Assembly (NCBI RefSeq): GCF_009914755.1 | Contig: NC_060940.1 | Strand: one strand, 5' to 3' | DNA from: the human T2T-CHM13v2.0 reference genome, Homo sapiens | DNA length: 64,000 nucleotides | Shown: one piece after another, positions 30,856-44,246 of the stretch | Layout: every line of letters begins with the position of its first letter | Position numbering within the stretch: the first letter of the stretch is position 1 | Position numbers and translations under genes: made by a program | Notes under the pieces: model-generated | The model's input: the letters and a program-made list of their open reading frames with translations, nothing else | Told to the model about the DNA's origin: nothing | Database searches by the model: none

Positions 30856-31985
30856 AATGTAAGCATATTGGCTCTCAATTTAAAAATGTTATTTTTTACA
30901 GATAGTACACAGATGCACTGACACAGGTACCCTCTCCAGTCCTCTGATGGTCAGGAATTGTGTGCAGTATGCAGTACATTCCAAAGTCAGGCTGGCCATT
31001 TCCCCAGGGAGAGGGTCCATGTTGGAACCTTTGCTCCTTGTGGACTTTAGCTTTGAAATGTATTGTAGTTTTGCATGTGTGCTTAGTTGGATGGATTGAG
31101 ACATCAGATTATGTGGTCTGAACTAAAGCAACCGTCACAGAATGAACAAGAGACTTACAAACATTTGTGCAAAAAGATCAGTGTTTGGATATAGTTCTTA
31201 GAATAGCAAATAGTAAGAAAAGAGCAGGATTGGTACTTCACCTACTCCTAATAAAAGCCCTTCATCTTGTGCAAAGTAAACACAATCACAGTTTGATCAG
31301 AAGTGGTCAATGGAAAAACAAAAATCTAAATTAGCAAAGAGAAATTTGAAATTGCATGCATTATTTTTAAAGATGAACATTGCTTTAACCTATACCATTC
31401 CTGGAGGTAGTAGCTAATAGAATGATCCAAGTTTATAATTTGTAAATAAGTAGACATCTTTTGAGGCGTATGCCCTTAATTTTTCTAACTGATGAAAGCG
31501 TACTTCCATCAACTCAGGACAGTTCAAAGCAGCTTGGAGCCTCTTGGATTTTAAAAAGACTCTGTGGCCTCTGTCTCTCTTGGTTTTCAGTGCTCAGCTG
31601 AGGTCTACTCTGTTTATCCTCTGCCTACTAGAAGGATATCCTTTCAATAGAGGTGAAAATCCTGAAATAAAAGGTTTCATAAATGGGGAAAAAAGTCATT
31701 GATTGAAAGAGTCATGGCATAGATGCTGAACTTTTGATGGGAACTTTGCAGGATGTTCGTTTGTTTATCATTAGCCCTGGGAGAGTCATCCCTCGCCTCC
31801 CACCACCCCTTAATTTAAAGGGATTTAAAATATTTTCAAGTACATCCTGATATCAGCACGTGGTACACTGAGCCTAGTTGATGGAATTGTGAAAAAAAAA
31901 AAAAAGATAGAATGTTTTCCCAACAATTTGGCTGTATTTGCCAGAACTGTTTCAAGAATGCTATGACTTTTGCTCAGGGCAAGGG

Positions 31986-31987
<2 letters not shown>

Positions 31988-32042
<55 letters not shown>

Positions 32043-32043
32043 C
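31988..32043. repeat. (GT)24 microsatellite running into (CG)n
   Basis: Read directly from the sequence. Confidence 0.97.
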
Positions 32044-32507
32044 CTGCATGTGTACTGTGGATGTGATAAGAGCTGTGTTTGTGAAAACTGTGAAGACATA
32101 ACACATATCTATGAACCTTTTCTATTAATCTTCTTGGGGCTGGAGCTTTAAAATAAAATAAATAACTTTTCTGCAGAGAGAGAACCTTTCCTTACCCAAA
32201 GATTTCGTAACTTTCTCACATCCTTGGTTAAGGCTGAGCTGCCTAGCTGTCTGCATTTCTGATAGGTTTTGCTTTCATACACATTTCAAGGACTTAAGAA
32301 ATCTGTTTCTAAAGAATAACTTAGAATGTGCTTGTTATGGTCCCACCTATTCTGGGGAATAGGTGGATATTATACATTTATTTAGGTGGAATGGTGGGTC
32401 AGATGGCTTCATGTCTTTTTACATCACAGTTCCACAGCCCTCATTAGTGAAGCAGAGGTTGAAGGAGGTCACTTGCTTTTTATCCCAATGTCAAATAACT
32501 CCATAAT

Positions 32508-32793
32508 TTTTTTTATTATTTTTTGAGACAGAGTCTTGCTCTGTTGGCCAGGCTAGAGTGCAGTGGCGCGATCTTGGCTCACTGCAACCTCTGTCGATTC
32601 TCCTTCATCGGCCTCCGTAGTAGTCAGGACTACAGGCATGCACCACCATAGCTGGCTAATTTTTGTATTTTTAGTTAGACACCGGGTTTCACCATGTTAG
32701 CCATGCTGGCCTCGAACTCCTCACTTCAGGTGATCTGACTGCCTTGGCCTCCGAAAATGCTGGGATGACAGGCGTGAGCTGCCTTGCCTAGCC
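32508..32793 (-). mobile_element. AluS
   Basis: Alu reverse complement; TSD caaataactccat on both sides. Confidence 0.93.
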
Positions 32794-32824
32794 AAATAAC
32801 TCCATTATTTAAGAAAAATTAACC

Positions 32825-33010
32825 AGTATTTATTGAATACTTACTGGGCCCTGTGCTAAGTGCTTTCCATGTGATTTCTAATTTCCTGACCATTCTATGA
32901 AGTGGCTACTATAATTATCCTGATTTCCCAGGCAGAGAAACTGAGGCTTAGAGAGTTGAAGTAATCAACTGGGTGTTAAAAAGCTGGTAAGTGGCAGAGC
33001 ACTTATTGGC
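32825..33010 (-). mobile_element. MIR
   Basis: 'tttattgaatacttact...gagaaactgaggcttagagagttgaagtaa...gtaagtggcagagc'. Confidence 0.8.
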
Positions 33011-35427
33011 GCTAAGACTGTTTCTCAGGACCTTGTTGTACGAGAGTCAACGATAAGACGCAGAACGTATGTTTCATTTTTCTTGGGAAGGATCTATCTC
33101 ACTCATCTGCCTTCCTGTGTCTAGCAAGAGGGCCAGGCACATAAAATACACATGGTACAATCTGTTAAAAGGCATGAAAAAGAAACAGTCATTCATATCT
33201 GTTCGTAGAAGTGGGCGTCAAGATTTTGGGGCACTGAGATCTATGCATGTTGTGGGCCCACTTTAAGAAAAGGAGTCAAACATTTAGTGTGGAATACTGG
33301 AAGGGGTCCCTAGACATGAAGGGCCTCTTCAACCTACCTTTTGTTGGCTTCAAGGTTATGCCATATTTTGCAAAGTCAAGTTGGAGATGGCTCTCGATAT
33401 TCATGAGTGTGTTAGACTGCTTTTCTTCTATTTTTTAAAAATGCACCCAAATGTAAAAGATACTTTTACGTTTTTGATTTGATGTTGAAGGTCATTTGAA
33501 AAATACTCTGTCTTTATTCTTTGAAATGGATTTACTCTCAAGAAAGTTGCATGTCACTTTACTTGGAAGAGACGGGTCTCAGGGAGGTGTGCCTCCGCTT
33601 TCATGAAAAGTCTCCCGTCTGCAGAAGCATTGGCTGACATGGAAGATTTTTTTTTTTTTAATACTTTTCTTTTTGCCGGCATCTGCGTAGAATTTTTTTT
33701 TTTTTTTTGGTAGTTTCTTAATGGTCTTTAGCAAAGGAAGTAAGTGACGCTGATCGGTGAAGGCAGACAGTAAGATTTATAATGTATTTGTGCTAGCTGA
33801 TTGCCAACAGAACCGGCCTTTCCCAGTGGTGCTGTACGCAGACTCGGAAAATCAATAGGGATTAACCTTTGACCCCCTTCACATACTTATACTGTGGGCT
33901 GCATCGCTTACCAATATTTCATCTGTTTCACTTAGCTGCTGTTACTTACTCAATAATGTGTGGCCAATCTCAAAAGATACTAATTCATTTTTTCAAATGC
34001 AGCATCGCTTGAAGCTGTGATAAAATATCACACCTTTGGAAATCAAGGCTCTTCTGGTTTATTTATTTAACTCACATTAATTAGCCTTAATTTTAAAAAA
34101 ATGAGAAGAGCCAGCATCATGATGCAAGCATTGACTTTGCTCACAAAAACATCTTGTGGTCAACAGTGGGGCTTAGGGGGCAGGTTTTGTGGCTGTGACA
34201 GAACACGTGGCCCCTAGTGTGTCTGTTGAAAGATGGGCCCCTTTCAGGAAAATTGCTTACCTTACTTTTTAGACATAATTTTTGTTTTCTGTTAAAGGGT
34301 CAGTTATAGATAAGTATGCTCCCTTGCAATGAAATGAACCCACTTTATCAACTTTGAAGGAATCAAAATTAACTTGAATACATTGTCTTTTTGCATATGT
34401 ATGTAGTGCTTTGTATAAACATATGAATTTGTAGGAGCTGCTCTTAATGATTATTACTGCATAGGCTGGAATAGAAGCAAAATTTGCAGTAATACACTTT
34501 TGTACCTTTCTCTTTAGGCCTTGGCATGTATTAAAGTACTATACATTTGTCTTAAAAATTGAAATTGTAGATTATTTTCATCTAAGACCCTTTTGTTCAC
34601 AGATTTTTTTTTCCAAGTATACCTATTCCCCAGAGTTTACTTACAGTTTGCTATTGATCCAGCAGCTGGTATTTGAATTGGTCGATATACTCTGTAACTT
34701 GTTTAAGATACCCTACCTGAGCTATTAGTTTAAATAATGTATTCATAAATTGATTAATCATTACAGTAAGACTTATTAGCTGCATTTATATCTGCGTGTT
34801 ATCCACAATTGACTTATAGTCTAATAATCACGTATACTTAAGCAGAAGTTGGGTTTTACGTTACAATTTAATAATTATCAAGGTGGCAAACGGTAGTATT
34901 TGTGTGTAGAAGTTGAGTGGATGTGGGGCTTTAAAGGCAGGAGTCTCTAAGCAGGTTGCTAATTTTACTTTTCCTAGATAAAATAATTCTCTCTCCCAAA
35001 ATGAAATACAGGAAGTGGACCAAATTGTGTCAGCCTGAAAGAAGTGATTGAGTTTGCGGAAGCTGTCCTGAAGTCGAGGTTCTGGAAGATGGGTGGGGTG
35101 GGGGGAAGCGAATGTGAAGTGCCATTGCATTTGTCTCCATTTCTGTCCCAGTTACATCAAGGCTGGGAGGAGGTCTTTCCACTGGTTTTCCGGGCTGTTT
35201 GTGTACTACACAGCCTGTGTACCTGGCAAGACACGCTCTGCTCTGCCCTGACTTCCGATGAGCTGACTAACACCTTATAGATGAAGTTCCCTTAGAACCA
35301 AAGATGCCCCATGAAACTCCCTAGGATGAATGTTGGAAGTCCTTCCAACTGGGATTCCCAGCCGGAAAGGAAACAGTTCATCTGACTACAGGGTTTAGGT
35401 TTACATGTACTTTAAAAAAAAAAATTA

Positions 35428-35535
35428 ATAAAGTTTATTTTTACAGTAATTTTAAGTTCACAGCAAAACTGAGTGGGAAGTGTAGAGTTTCATATACTCC
35501 CTGTCCTCACACATGCACAGCCTCCTCCAGCTATG
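35428..35535 (-). mobile_element. L1MC/L1MB8-type 3' end fragment
   Basis: 'ttttaagttcacagcaaaactgagt...catatactccctg...cacacatgcacagcctcc'. Confidence 0.75.
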
Positions 35536-36371
35536 CACATTTTCAATGAAACTACATGTTCATTGAAAATGATCTTTTGGGTGGTTGATGTTCGATTTTG
35601 GCTCTGTGTTGGGCCTGCCCAGTGAGGTCCTTTTGACTCCCTAAGGGACCCTGTTTTGGGTTTCTTTTGAGGTTGAAGATATTTCAGACTCTTTCCCCCT
35701 CAACTTCCATAGGAACCAAACTCTCTTTCTTCCTCCCGTTTGGTTGGAAAGTTATTTTGCCTCACTGCGTGATTTTTCTACTGCACCAATTCCCCTTTCA
35801 AACGTTATTCCACAACATACTAAATTAATGTATACTGTGTTCTTTGGGTAATGGGGAGGGGAGCCTGTCTCACAGCACGCATTTGTTCAGCTCTGTGTTG
35901 AAAGAGCACTGCCCGCCGCGTGAAGGACATCTGCTCACAAGTGAGCAATTGTGCTTCTGATTTGGGGCAGCACCTTTGCTTGAACGCTGGCTCCAGATGA
36001 AAGAACAGATTGCCGCGGAGCCGCTTTTCCAAGGATCCCTCTCCCCAGCATGGGGCTTCATACATTATTGAGAGCAAACCTACTTTCCACCGCCACTCCT
36101 GGATGCACTTATTTTGCGAGCCTTATTCAGAATGTCAGCATGGATCACTTGGCAACAAAGGCCTAAAGGGCAAGCCAGGAAGCTTCCATGGATACGTTAT
36201 TTATGGTGTTTAATTATTATTGTACAGATTTATTAAATGACTCTGTTACCTAGGAGTCCATGTAGTTGCTGAAAAGAGTTTGCTAACTTTGAATCGTAGA
36301 TGTTTTATCTGAAAACAAAATTTCCTTGTGAATGCTGTTACCATATTCCTGGTGTCTATGTGAGGGGGTGT

Positions 36372-36810
36372 GTGGTGGTATGCCGGTAAGTGTTGAACAA
36401 CCTGCTCTGTTGGCGGGAGCTAGGGGAAACAAACCCTGTTTTGTAGTATTTGCTGATTACTGTGGTGTAAATACTCACACCTTGGCTGATTTCAAGTTGC
36501 AGCTTGGAACTTGGAGTTGGAAAGAGATGCGTAGTCCCATACCATTTTATGTATGTAAAGTATTTGCACTATGCCGACTAATAGACATAAATAACCTCAT
36601 GAGCATAGATAATAGTCACATCTACTAAGATTATTCAGAAGTATTGAGCTTTGAGTATGTTTTACCTTTTTAATATAGCTTATTGAATCATACATTTATC
36701 TACTTTAATACTTAATAATGAGTGTGCCCAACAACTAGGTCTTAAAGTTCCTGATAGTTTAGCAGTGTGCTCTCTTAAGCCAGTCGGACCTGGTTGTTGT
36801 ACACTACTGG
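36372..36810. mobile_element. MER63-like hAT DNA transposon fossil
   Basis: 'ggtaagtgttgaacaacc...gtggtgtaaatactcacaccttggctgatttcaag'; terminal 'acactactgg'. Confidence 0.6.
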
Positions 36811-36830
36811 GTGTGTTTAATTGACTTCCA

Positions 36831-36837
36831 GTTTTGT

Positions 36838-36871
<34 letters not shown>

Positions 36872-37153
36872 TTTTGAAACAGTCTCACTCTGTCGCCCAG
36901 GCTGGAGTGTAGTGGTGTGATCTCCGCTCACTGCAGCCTCTGCCTCCTGGGTTTAAGGAATTCTCTGCCTTAGCCTCCCGCGTAGCTGGGATTACAGGTG
37001 CATGCCACCATGCCCAGCTGATTTTTGTATTTTCAGTTGAGATAAGCGTTTACTGTCTTGGCCAGGCTGGTCTTGAACTCCTGACTTCGTGATCCACTCG
37101 CCTCGGCCTCCCAAAGTGCTGGGATTACAGGCATGAGCCACCGCCCCCGACCA
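36831..37153 (-). mobile_element. AluS with (GTTTT)n tail
   Basis: Alu reverse complement. Confidence 0.94.
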
Positions 37154-37837
37154 TTGTCTGTCAGGTTTAAATTGCACCTTGGGTTCGGGTGAAGTTGATG
37201 ATCTATTCCTAATGCAGGCTCATTCCTAACAGGGCATCCCTGCACAATTTTCCGCTGGGGTGTGATGAGCTGCTTCGCATCCTGCTAAGTGTCCTCGACA
37301 GCGAGCAGACACATGTACCCTGCTTGGTACATGCCAGATGATTCTGTTGTAGTGATATTAAGGACAACAGTATTTTGCCAGAAGCTATAACGAGATGATT
37401 CTATAACAACAGCATGGTGACATCAGACTATGTTTTGCAATTTTCTTTAATATTTATGCTGGATAAATAATTTATCTTTTTTCTCAGTTTTTTTTCCCTT
37501 TTCTTTTTTTTTCTCCCCATCTTGAACATGTTGCTGTAGACAGGTGCTAGGTTTCCCTGAATGACTAAAGCAGAGATTTGGTTATTTTCCTCCCAGAAAA
37601 AGTAGATGCATCAGCAGAGTTGAGCCCCTGGGCATTATTTCCCCAATTCCGTATCCCATCTACTAATACAAACTAATGAGATCTATTAAGGATGAGTCCA
37701 CAAGTTTGAAGGGAGTCTCTTATTAATGTTCCGTCTTTGCATGGTGTTACAACAGCGGGACCATTTTACACTGAGGGTTTGCGAGAGGCATGGCTCCCCT
37801 GTTATGTATTTGGGACTTACTGCAGATGCTTCCTCTG

Positions 37838-38051
37838 GTTCAGGGTGTTGAGGCTTCGTGCTGTTAATATTGGAAGGTGGGTCGTTTGTACTGGGCATCT
37901 GTCCTGTATCTTGGAGATGTTTAGTAACATCCCTGGCCTCTAGCCATTAGATACCATCTCTCCCAGTAGGGATAATAAAAACATGTCTCCAGATGTTGGC
38001 AAATGTCTGGCCTTCTGGGGAGTAAAATGGCCCCTGGTTGGAAACTAGTGT
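37838..38051. mobile_element. MER20 hAT-Charlie
   Basis: 'atgtttagtaacatccctggcctcta...tgtctccagatgttggcaaatgtc...cccctggttggaaactagtg'. Confidence 0.85.
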
Positions 38052-38959
38052 TCCAGAGCTACATTCTTAGCTGCTTACTGCATCATTGTTTTTAGCCCTC
38101 CTTTTCTCTGGCTTCCAGGAACCACCAATCCCCCAACACTAGGATAGGGCATAAGGCAACCTTATGTCACCAAATTAATGTCCGCCTAGGCAAGCTGGAC
38201 TGCAGAAAGAAAAGCAGTATTTCTACCCTAGGATCATTATCCCACCTTCCCCAAGCTTCGAAAGAGGTACAGGAGTCCTCAGAAATGGGGCTTCTAAAAT
38301 AAGTGGAACTGGGACCTCTTCTCTCTCAGGCTGTTACTTGTTGTGGTTCCAGCCTATTTTCTGAGCTGTGGAGCAGGGAGAGATCTCACAGGAAACTTGG
38401 TAATGTAGATTTTGGAGGACTTGAAAGGTTCCTGCTACCTTTGGCTGGGGATGGAGGGAACATGGAAGATGGGTCTTTGTTTAGAGGAAGCTCTTCATCC
38501 TGGTACCCTAGAAGTTGGCATAGTCTTAGCAGTTAGTCCAGATGTGAATTTCAGGATTATTCTGTGAATCTTCCAAGTCCTGTCTCAGCAGTGAAATAGG
38601 CTCAGTGTAGCTTATGTCTAGGTGGCTGAGTTCATTTTCTAGTCTAGGTAAAGGGCACCTCCTGTAATTGAATTGTGTAAAACCTGCACAGTGGTACACC
38701 TGAGCCCTTTTTTAGGACCCAAGAGTGCTGAGATTGGCTCTTCCTGAGATTCCCTCTTTAAGGATAAGACTTTCTGATTTTTCAACTGGATTTACCATTG
38801 TGGCATCTGCACATGAGCAGACTGACTGCTTTTTGGCCCTACCTGGAGCCTGAGTCCTCAGGTAGCTGACCCGAGAGACCGTGGAGCTGCTTGTGATATA
38901 CAATGTCAGTGCTCTGAGCTCATTAGGCGTCATCTGAGACAGTGGCTGTAGGGGAGGGG

Positions 38960-39185
38960 AGGTAGGCTCTGAGTCAAGCAGACCTGGAATTTTCTTCATG
39001 GGCCATTAGGAACTGTGTGACGCTGGGGCATCTGACTTCACCTTTCTGAGTCTTAGTTTCCTTACCTGTTGAATAGGTCTAATGATATCATTATGGCAGA
39101 TCAGTGGGACGATTGAGTCAAATAACATGCCCAATGCCTGTTTCTCAGAGTAGGCTTTCAGTGGGCCACATCTGTTGTCACTATT
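38960..39185 (+). mobile_element. MIR
   Basis: 'ggctctgagtcaagcagacctgg...ctgtgtgacgctggggc...tctgagtcttagtttccttacctg'. Confidence 0.8.
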
Positions 39186-41289
39186 ATTTTGTTCTTTCTG
39201 CCATTTGGGATGTGCTTTCTGATAATGGCACTAGGCTGCCTTGTTGCCTCCTGCATGTAGAACACAGAACTTCGCAGTCTCTGCAGAGTGTCTAAATCCT
39301 GCTCTGGGCCAGCCCTTTCAGAAACACTTCAGGAGATCAATAGTTATCTGCTTACCTTTCTAGCTGAGATGAGATTTTATGCTTGTTACTAGCAGATCAA
39401 TAGTGAAAGCAGGTTCTGTTAAGTTTTTTATAGGAGTCATTAATCTCCCTCAGCCTCAGTTTCCCTATCTGTGAAGTGAGTCTAACCAGGATGATAATGA
39501 AGAGTTAGGTCAAGTGAGATTGGCAGCCAGACACCCACCACCAGCTGTAACATAAGAACAGATGTTCTCTCCAGACCCCCAGGTCAGCTGAGGTCGCTCT
39601 GCTTGGAATAATGAACTGCCACATTGAGGATTTTTTTCCTCTCTTTACTTGGCCAAATATCCGAGTGTGGAAGCTCTCACTGTGAACCTGCTAACATACA
39701 TTTCAGTGTCTACAAAATGTCTTTTGAGAGAAAACAGCAGGGACATTTGTGAGCTCTTTTTTTTTTCTAACCACTTTCCCAGTGAGACTTCAGTTTTCAT
39801 TCTCCCCTTAGCAGCTTTCAAATATGTACGTAACACAAATGTTACATGTTTGAGCATTTAAACTGAATTTGGACAGGGCTTCTATTTCCAGAACCTTCTA
39901 ACTCTATTTCTTTGTGACCTGATAGTCTTGCTCTCCAGGGTAAAAGAAGAGGATGGAAATGGCTGTGGGGCGCCTGAGCTGGGCCCTGGCATGATGGCAA
40001 GATGCCGTTCTGGGTTCACTGGGATGGCTCAAGGGGAGTTTGGAAACCCTCCTAACATGTCATCTGAAATCTGGGACCACAGTTCCGGCTGGAACACTTG
40101 TCACTAAAGCTGCTGATAAGCAAAGGGTGTATCACTGGTATGGGTAACTGTTGTGGGAGGAGGAGGGGTCTGACAGATAGCCGGATGATTTTAATGTTTA
40201 TATTCCACTGGGGTAAGCTCTAACAAAGACCCATCATTTCCCAGATAACCAATTCTTTTAAAAGAACATCTGTTGAAACTGGCAATTTACATTCTTCTTA
40301 AAATACGGAGCGACATAATTAACCCTCTGGGGAGACTAATATTAGTTTATTAGAGACAATTTCTAGTTCTGTTTATTTTTAACACTAAATGATTTGTTCA
40401 GATTGGGGAAAAAAATTTTTTTTTTTTTTTGGTTGTGGTGGCGTTGGCTTTTACTTGGGGTTGACCTTTCCTTATCAAGGACATACAAGGTGAATAGCTG
40501 GGTGATAATATATGGTCCCATGATCATCAACCAAGCACCAAGAAGCCTTTTGAAGCATCAACCAAGCCTTTTGGAAGTGCACAGTATTGTTTAACACACA
40601 AATAACTCAGCGTTTAGTAACTTTCAGGTACAATCAGTCTATTTTAAAGGGACCTCATGTGTTATTCATGTATGTGCACATGTGTTTATGCAGTTACCTT
40701 TGTCTTCATTGATTTGGACTCCTTTGGTGCTCGTAATTGGTGAAATTCTCTTGTGATCATTGTTGTAGTTCCCGCAAATCTATTTACGGTTTTCACAAGG
40801 AGGTCACGAACATGCGTTGTTTTCAATGCTGGGCTAGTTTCAGACTTCTGGCTTGTTGTGGGATGGAGGAGAAAGAAGACAGGGCATTTTGATGTGGCCC
40901 AGAGACCAAATGAAACAAACGATCCTCTGATTGCTCAGATGTCCTCTTTGACTTGGAAAGCACCCACGTGAATGTTGAACCATTTGGCCCTCAGTTCTCC
41001 GTCCTGCAGCAAACTGCATTGACTCCTGTTTTCTACACAGTGGTCTTCAGCTACACCTTACCAAGCACCCCTTACCCAGCAAACGTGGCTTCTCTTCCCC
41101 AGGCAGAGCAGTTCGTTACTTAGACTAGGAAATGGCTCCGAGAAGCTCACCCATCACCATTTGCTCTACTGCAAAACAGGACTCATTAGCAGGAGCTCAT
41201 AAAATGAAACTGGCAGTGAGCTCATATGGAAGAGGCATCACGGGCAACTCGGCTTGGCTCACCAGCCCCTGAGCTGCCCCCGAGTGACC

Positions 41290-41705
41290 GCTCCAGCCTT
41301 CTTTCCTTCCACCTCTCCCTCTTGGCCAACTTCATGCTTCAGCCAAAGTGAACTGAGCTCACCAGGCTGAGTCATCTGTGCCAGCTGTGCCCTCTCCCCG
41401 AGGCTGCCTGCCATGCTCGTGCTTTCTTGTCTATTGGCAAAAGGCTCTCCATCCTTCAAAATCCAGCTCTTGGCCTCATATCTTCCACAAAGCCTTCCCA
41501 GACCTTTACTCACCTGGGCCATTAATCACCTTCCCTCTCAGTCAGCTCCTACACCATGAGTGCTTTTGTATGGTGACTGTCTGGTTACAAGGTCATCTTT
41601 TCCCCTGGATGAGACGCCCCTTGGGGAAAGGACCAAGTTTTATTTCCTGTTTAACCTTGGCCTGACAACCTAATAGGTGCTCAGTGAACAGTTCTTGAAT
41701 TTAAT
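41290..41705 (+). mobile_element. L2 remnant
   Basis: 'catccttcaaaatccagctc...aagccttccc...taataggtgctcagtgaaca'. Confidence 0.7.
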
Positions 41706-41765
41706 TCTCTCCCTTTCCCCACACTGATGTGTATTTAAGCTCCAGTGGTACTCGATGTGTTGTTT

Positions 41766-41930
<165 letters not shown>

Positions 41931-43911
41931 GTGTCTTGTTTTCAATGCAGTATATAAGAGGGTGCATTGTGTACCTGTGGGAGTGATTACAGAATCCCAT
42001 CAAAATGGGAATCACTGACTGAAAACTGGAGTTTATTTGTAAGCTGGGAGATGGGAGCTGAATTTGAAACCCCAGGAGAAAATAGCATATAAAGTCATTT
42101 TAAATAACTATCATTTGCAGAGGAGGGGGGCACAGATGCCTCCAGTGGCCCAAGACTCCCCTTTACACATTGCCGTTCCCTTGCCTTCTACTCCTCTTTT
42201 CATTACCCTTATCAAGATTCTGCAGCCCAGGGTGCTGCTTGTTGATGGACATCTTCACCTGACTTTCTCCCTGGTCCAGGTGCATTTTAAGCATGGAAGG
42301 TGACACTTGCCGTTCTCAATGGACAAAGGGAGTGGGGAGTGTGGGGGTGTGCTTTGGAGTTAGTCTCTGGGTTTTCGAAACTTAGCATTCTCAGATTCCC
42401 AGCCAACTGGTTTCACATGACAAGTAAATGAGCAACCTGGAAGATGAGTGGCGTTTCCACACACAGGGAAGCAGATAGTTCCATTAGGTGACAGTGTGTG
42501 CACAGTTTATGGAGGATGAAGCAGAAAACCTGAGCCACAAGGCAGTAGAGGTTGGACGAGGCACTCATTCCGAAGGGGGGTGTGTATGTGCAAACTGTAT
42601 AATTTTTTTCTTCTTTTCTATCTGCTAGCAAAGTGGATAAGTTGACCCATGACATGGTCCACTGGAGGGACCACATTTGTGACTCTAGCAATTAAGCCTC
42701 CCTTCTCATCTGTGGATAAAACTGACCTCCCAGTGTGCTGGAGTCAAACATATTCAGCATCCAATCCACATTGGACTGTTTGCATGTAACGTACAGAACA
42801 CTCATTCATCTACATCTAGGACCATAACAGTGAGCAGGAGACAGTCCCTGACCCTGGGGACTAAGCCCAGGACCTGCCACTAGGAGATATTCATGGAATC
42901 ACTGTTTCTCCTCCTTTTCAAAGAAGACTGAATTTATGATGAAACTTTCTTCGTATATTGGCTTTGAGAAATTCTGTTTTGGTGCTTATGTGCTCTGGAT
43001 AATTCTCAATGACTTTCAAAGTTATAATTCAGGGAGTAATTGGTTCTGAGAGAATATGCATAATCACATCAAGGTGTGTTTGTTTTCCACCATTTGTAGC
43101 CTTTTGACAAATTTCTGGGGGCCTCATGCCTGCTAGGCCGAATACTTGTGTCCCTTGAGCCTGGAGACGGCAAGTACCCAGTGTGCATGCATGCACTCCC
43201 AAAGTCCTTTATTCACGACAGACATCACTAATCAATCAGTCATGCTTAGCATACTACTCCAAGTAGTCATTACTAATCATCTCTAGTCAGCATGGGAGAT
43301 ACTCTTTACCATCCCGGTAAAGTGACGTTTTGATGAAAACAGCATGGATCTTCCTGCAGAGAGCAGACTAGCCCCCTGTACAGCACACAACTCGGGGAAT
43401 TTTAGGTCTGGTGATTTACTGCTGTTGGAGCCTGGCCTTCTTCCTGGGAGAAGGCTGGAAAAACTTCAAGTCAGTTACTTAATGGAATAATACATGTTTC
43501 CTGCTTCCATTGTCTTCCTGGACCTGACACTCACTCTTTAACCATAAGCAGAAGACACATACAAAAATGTCCTATGTTAAGAATCTTTATTTAAGACAGG
43601 TGGCTAGCATTATTTGGGTCCAGAAGCTTCCCTGGAAAGAAAGGATTCACTGCAAGATCGACAGGCTTACCCAGTTCATTTAGGCATGGCTCGATTAATG
43701 CACACAAAGCTTTGGGAACATATCAGTCACATCAAGCTAGGTCCACCTGTGTGAGTAACTAACGTGTTTATTTATGATTTTCTTTAACAGCACAGAAGAG
43801 CAATTGCATTTGGTCATTCTAGTATCAACTGAGTTCTTTATAAAATATCTTTGGGGTGTTTAAGGAGAATTATTCTTTTTACAAGTTCTGATTAATGACA
43901 CCGCAAAAATG

Positions 43912-44140
43912 AGAATAATGAGCTAATATGTATCTAGTACTTGCTATGCACTTATATGTATAGAAGCGTATAATCCACAGCACTCCTTCTGAATACGTTA
44001 CGTAAATGGAACCCTCGCAACAGTCTTATCCCCATTGTAGAGATGAGAAAACTGAGGCATACAGAAGAGATGGAAATAGGCCAAGAGCATAGAGGTGGAA
44101 TTGTTGTGTGAGCCTGTAGAGTCCGTGTTCTTACCCACTG
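43912..44140 (-). mobile_element. MIR
   Basis: 'atccccattgtagagatgagaaaactgaggcataca'. Confidence 0.8.
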
Positions 44141-44246
44141 CATGATGTCTGATCATCGTCAATTTTCTTTCCATTTGGACAGATGAATGGTAACACTTCC
44201 CTACTAGGTAGAGCAATGATTCCAGAAGTTTATAATAATTGGAAAG

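Noticed and set aside
41982-42016. Quasi-palindrome agtgatt[7 nt]cccat-caaa-atggg-aatcact
   Set aside because: Short and bulged; plausible by chance or as a DNA-transposon end remnant.
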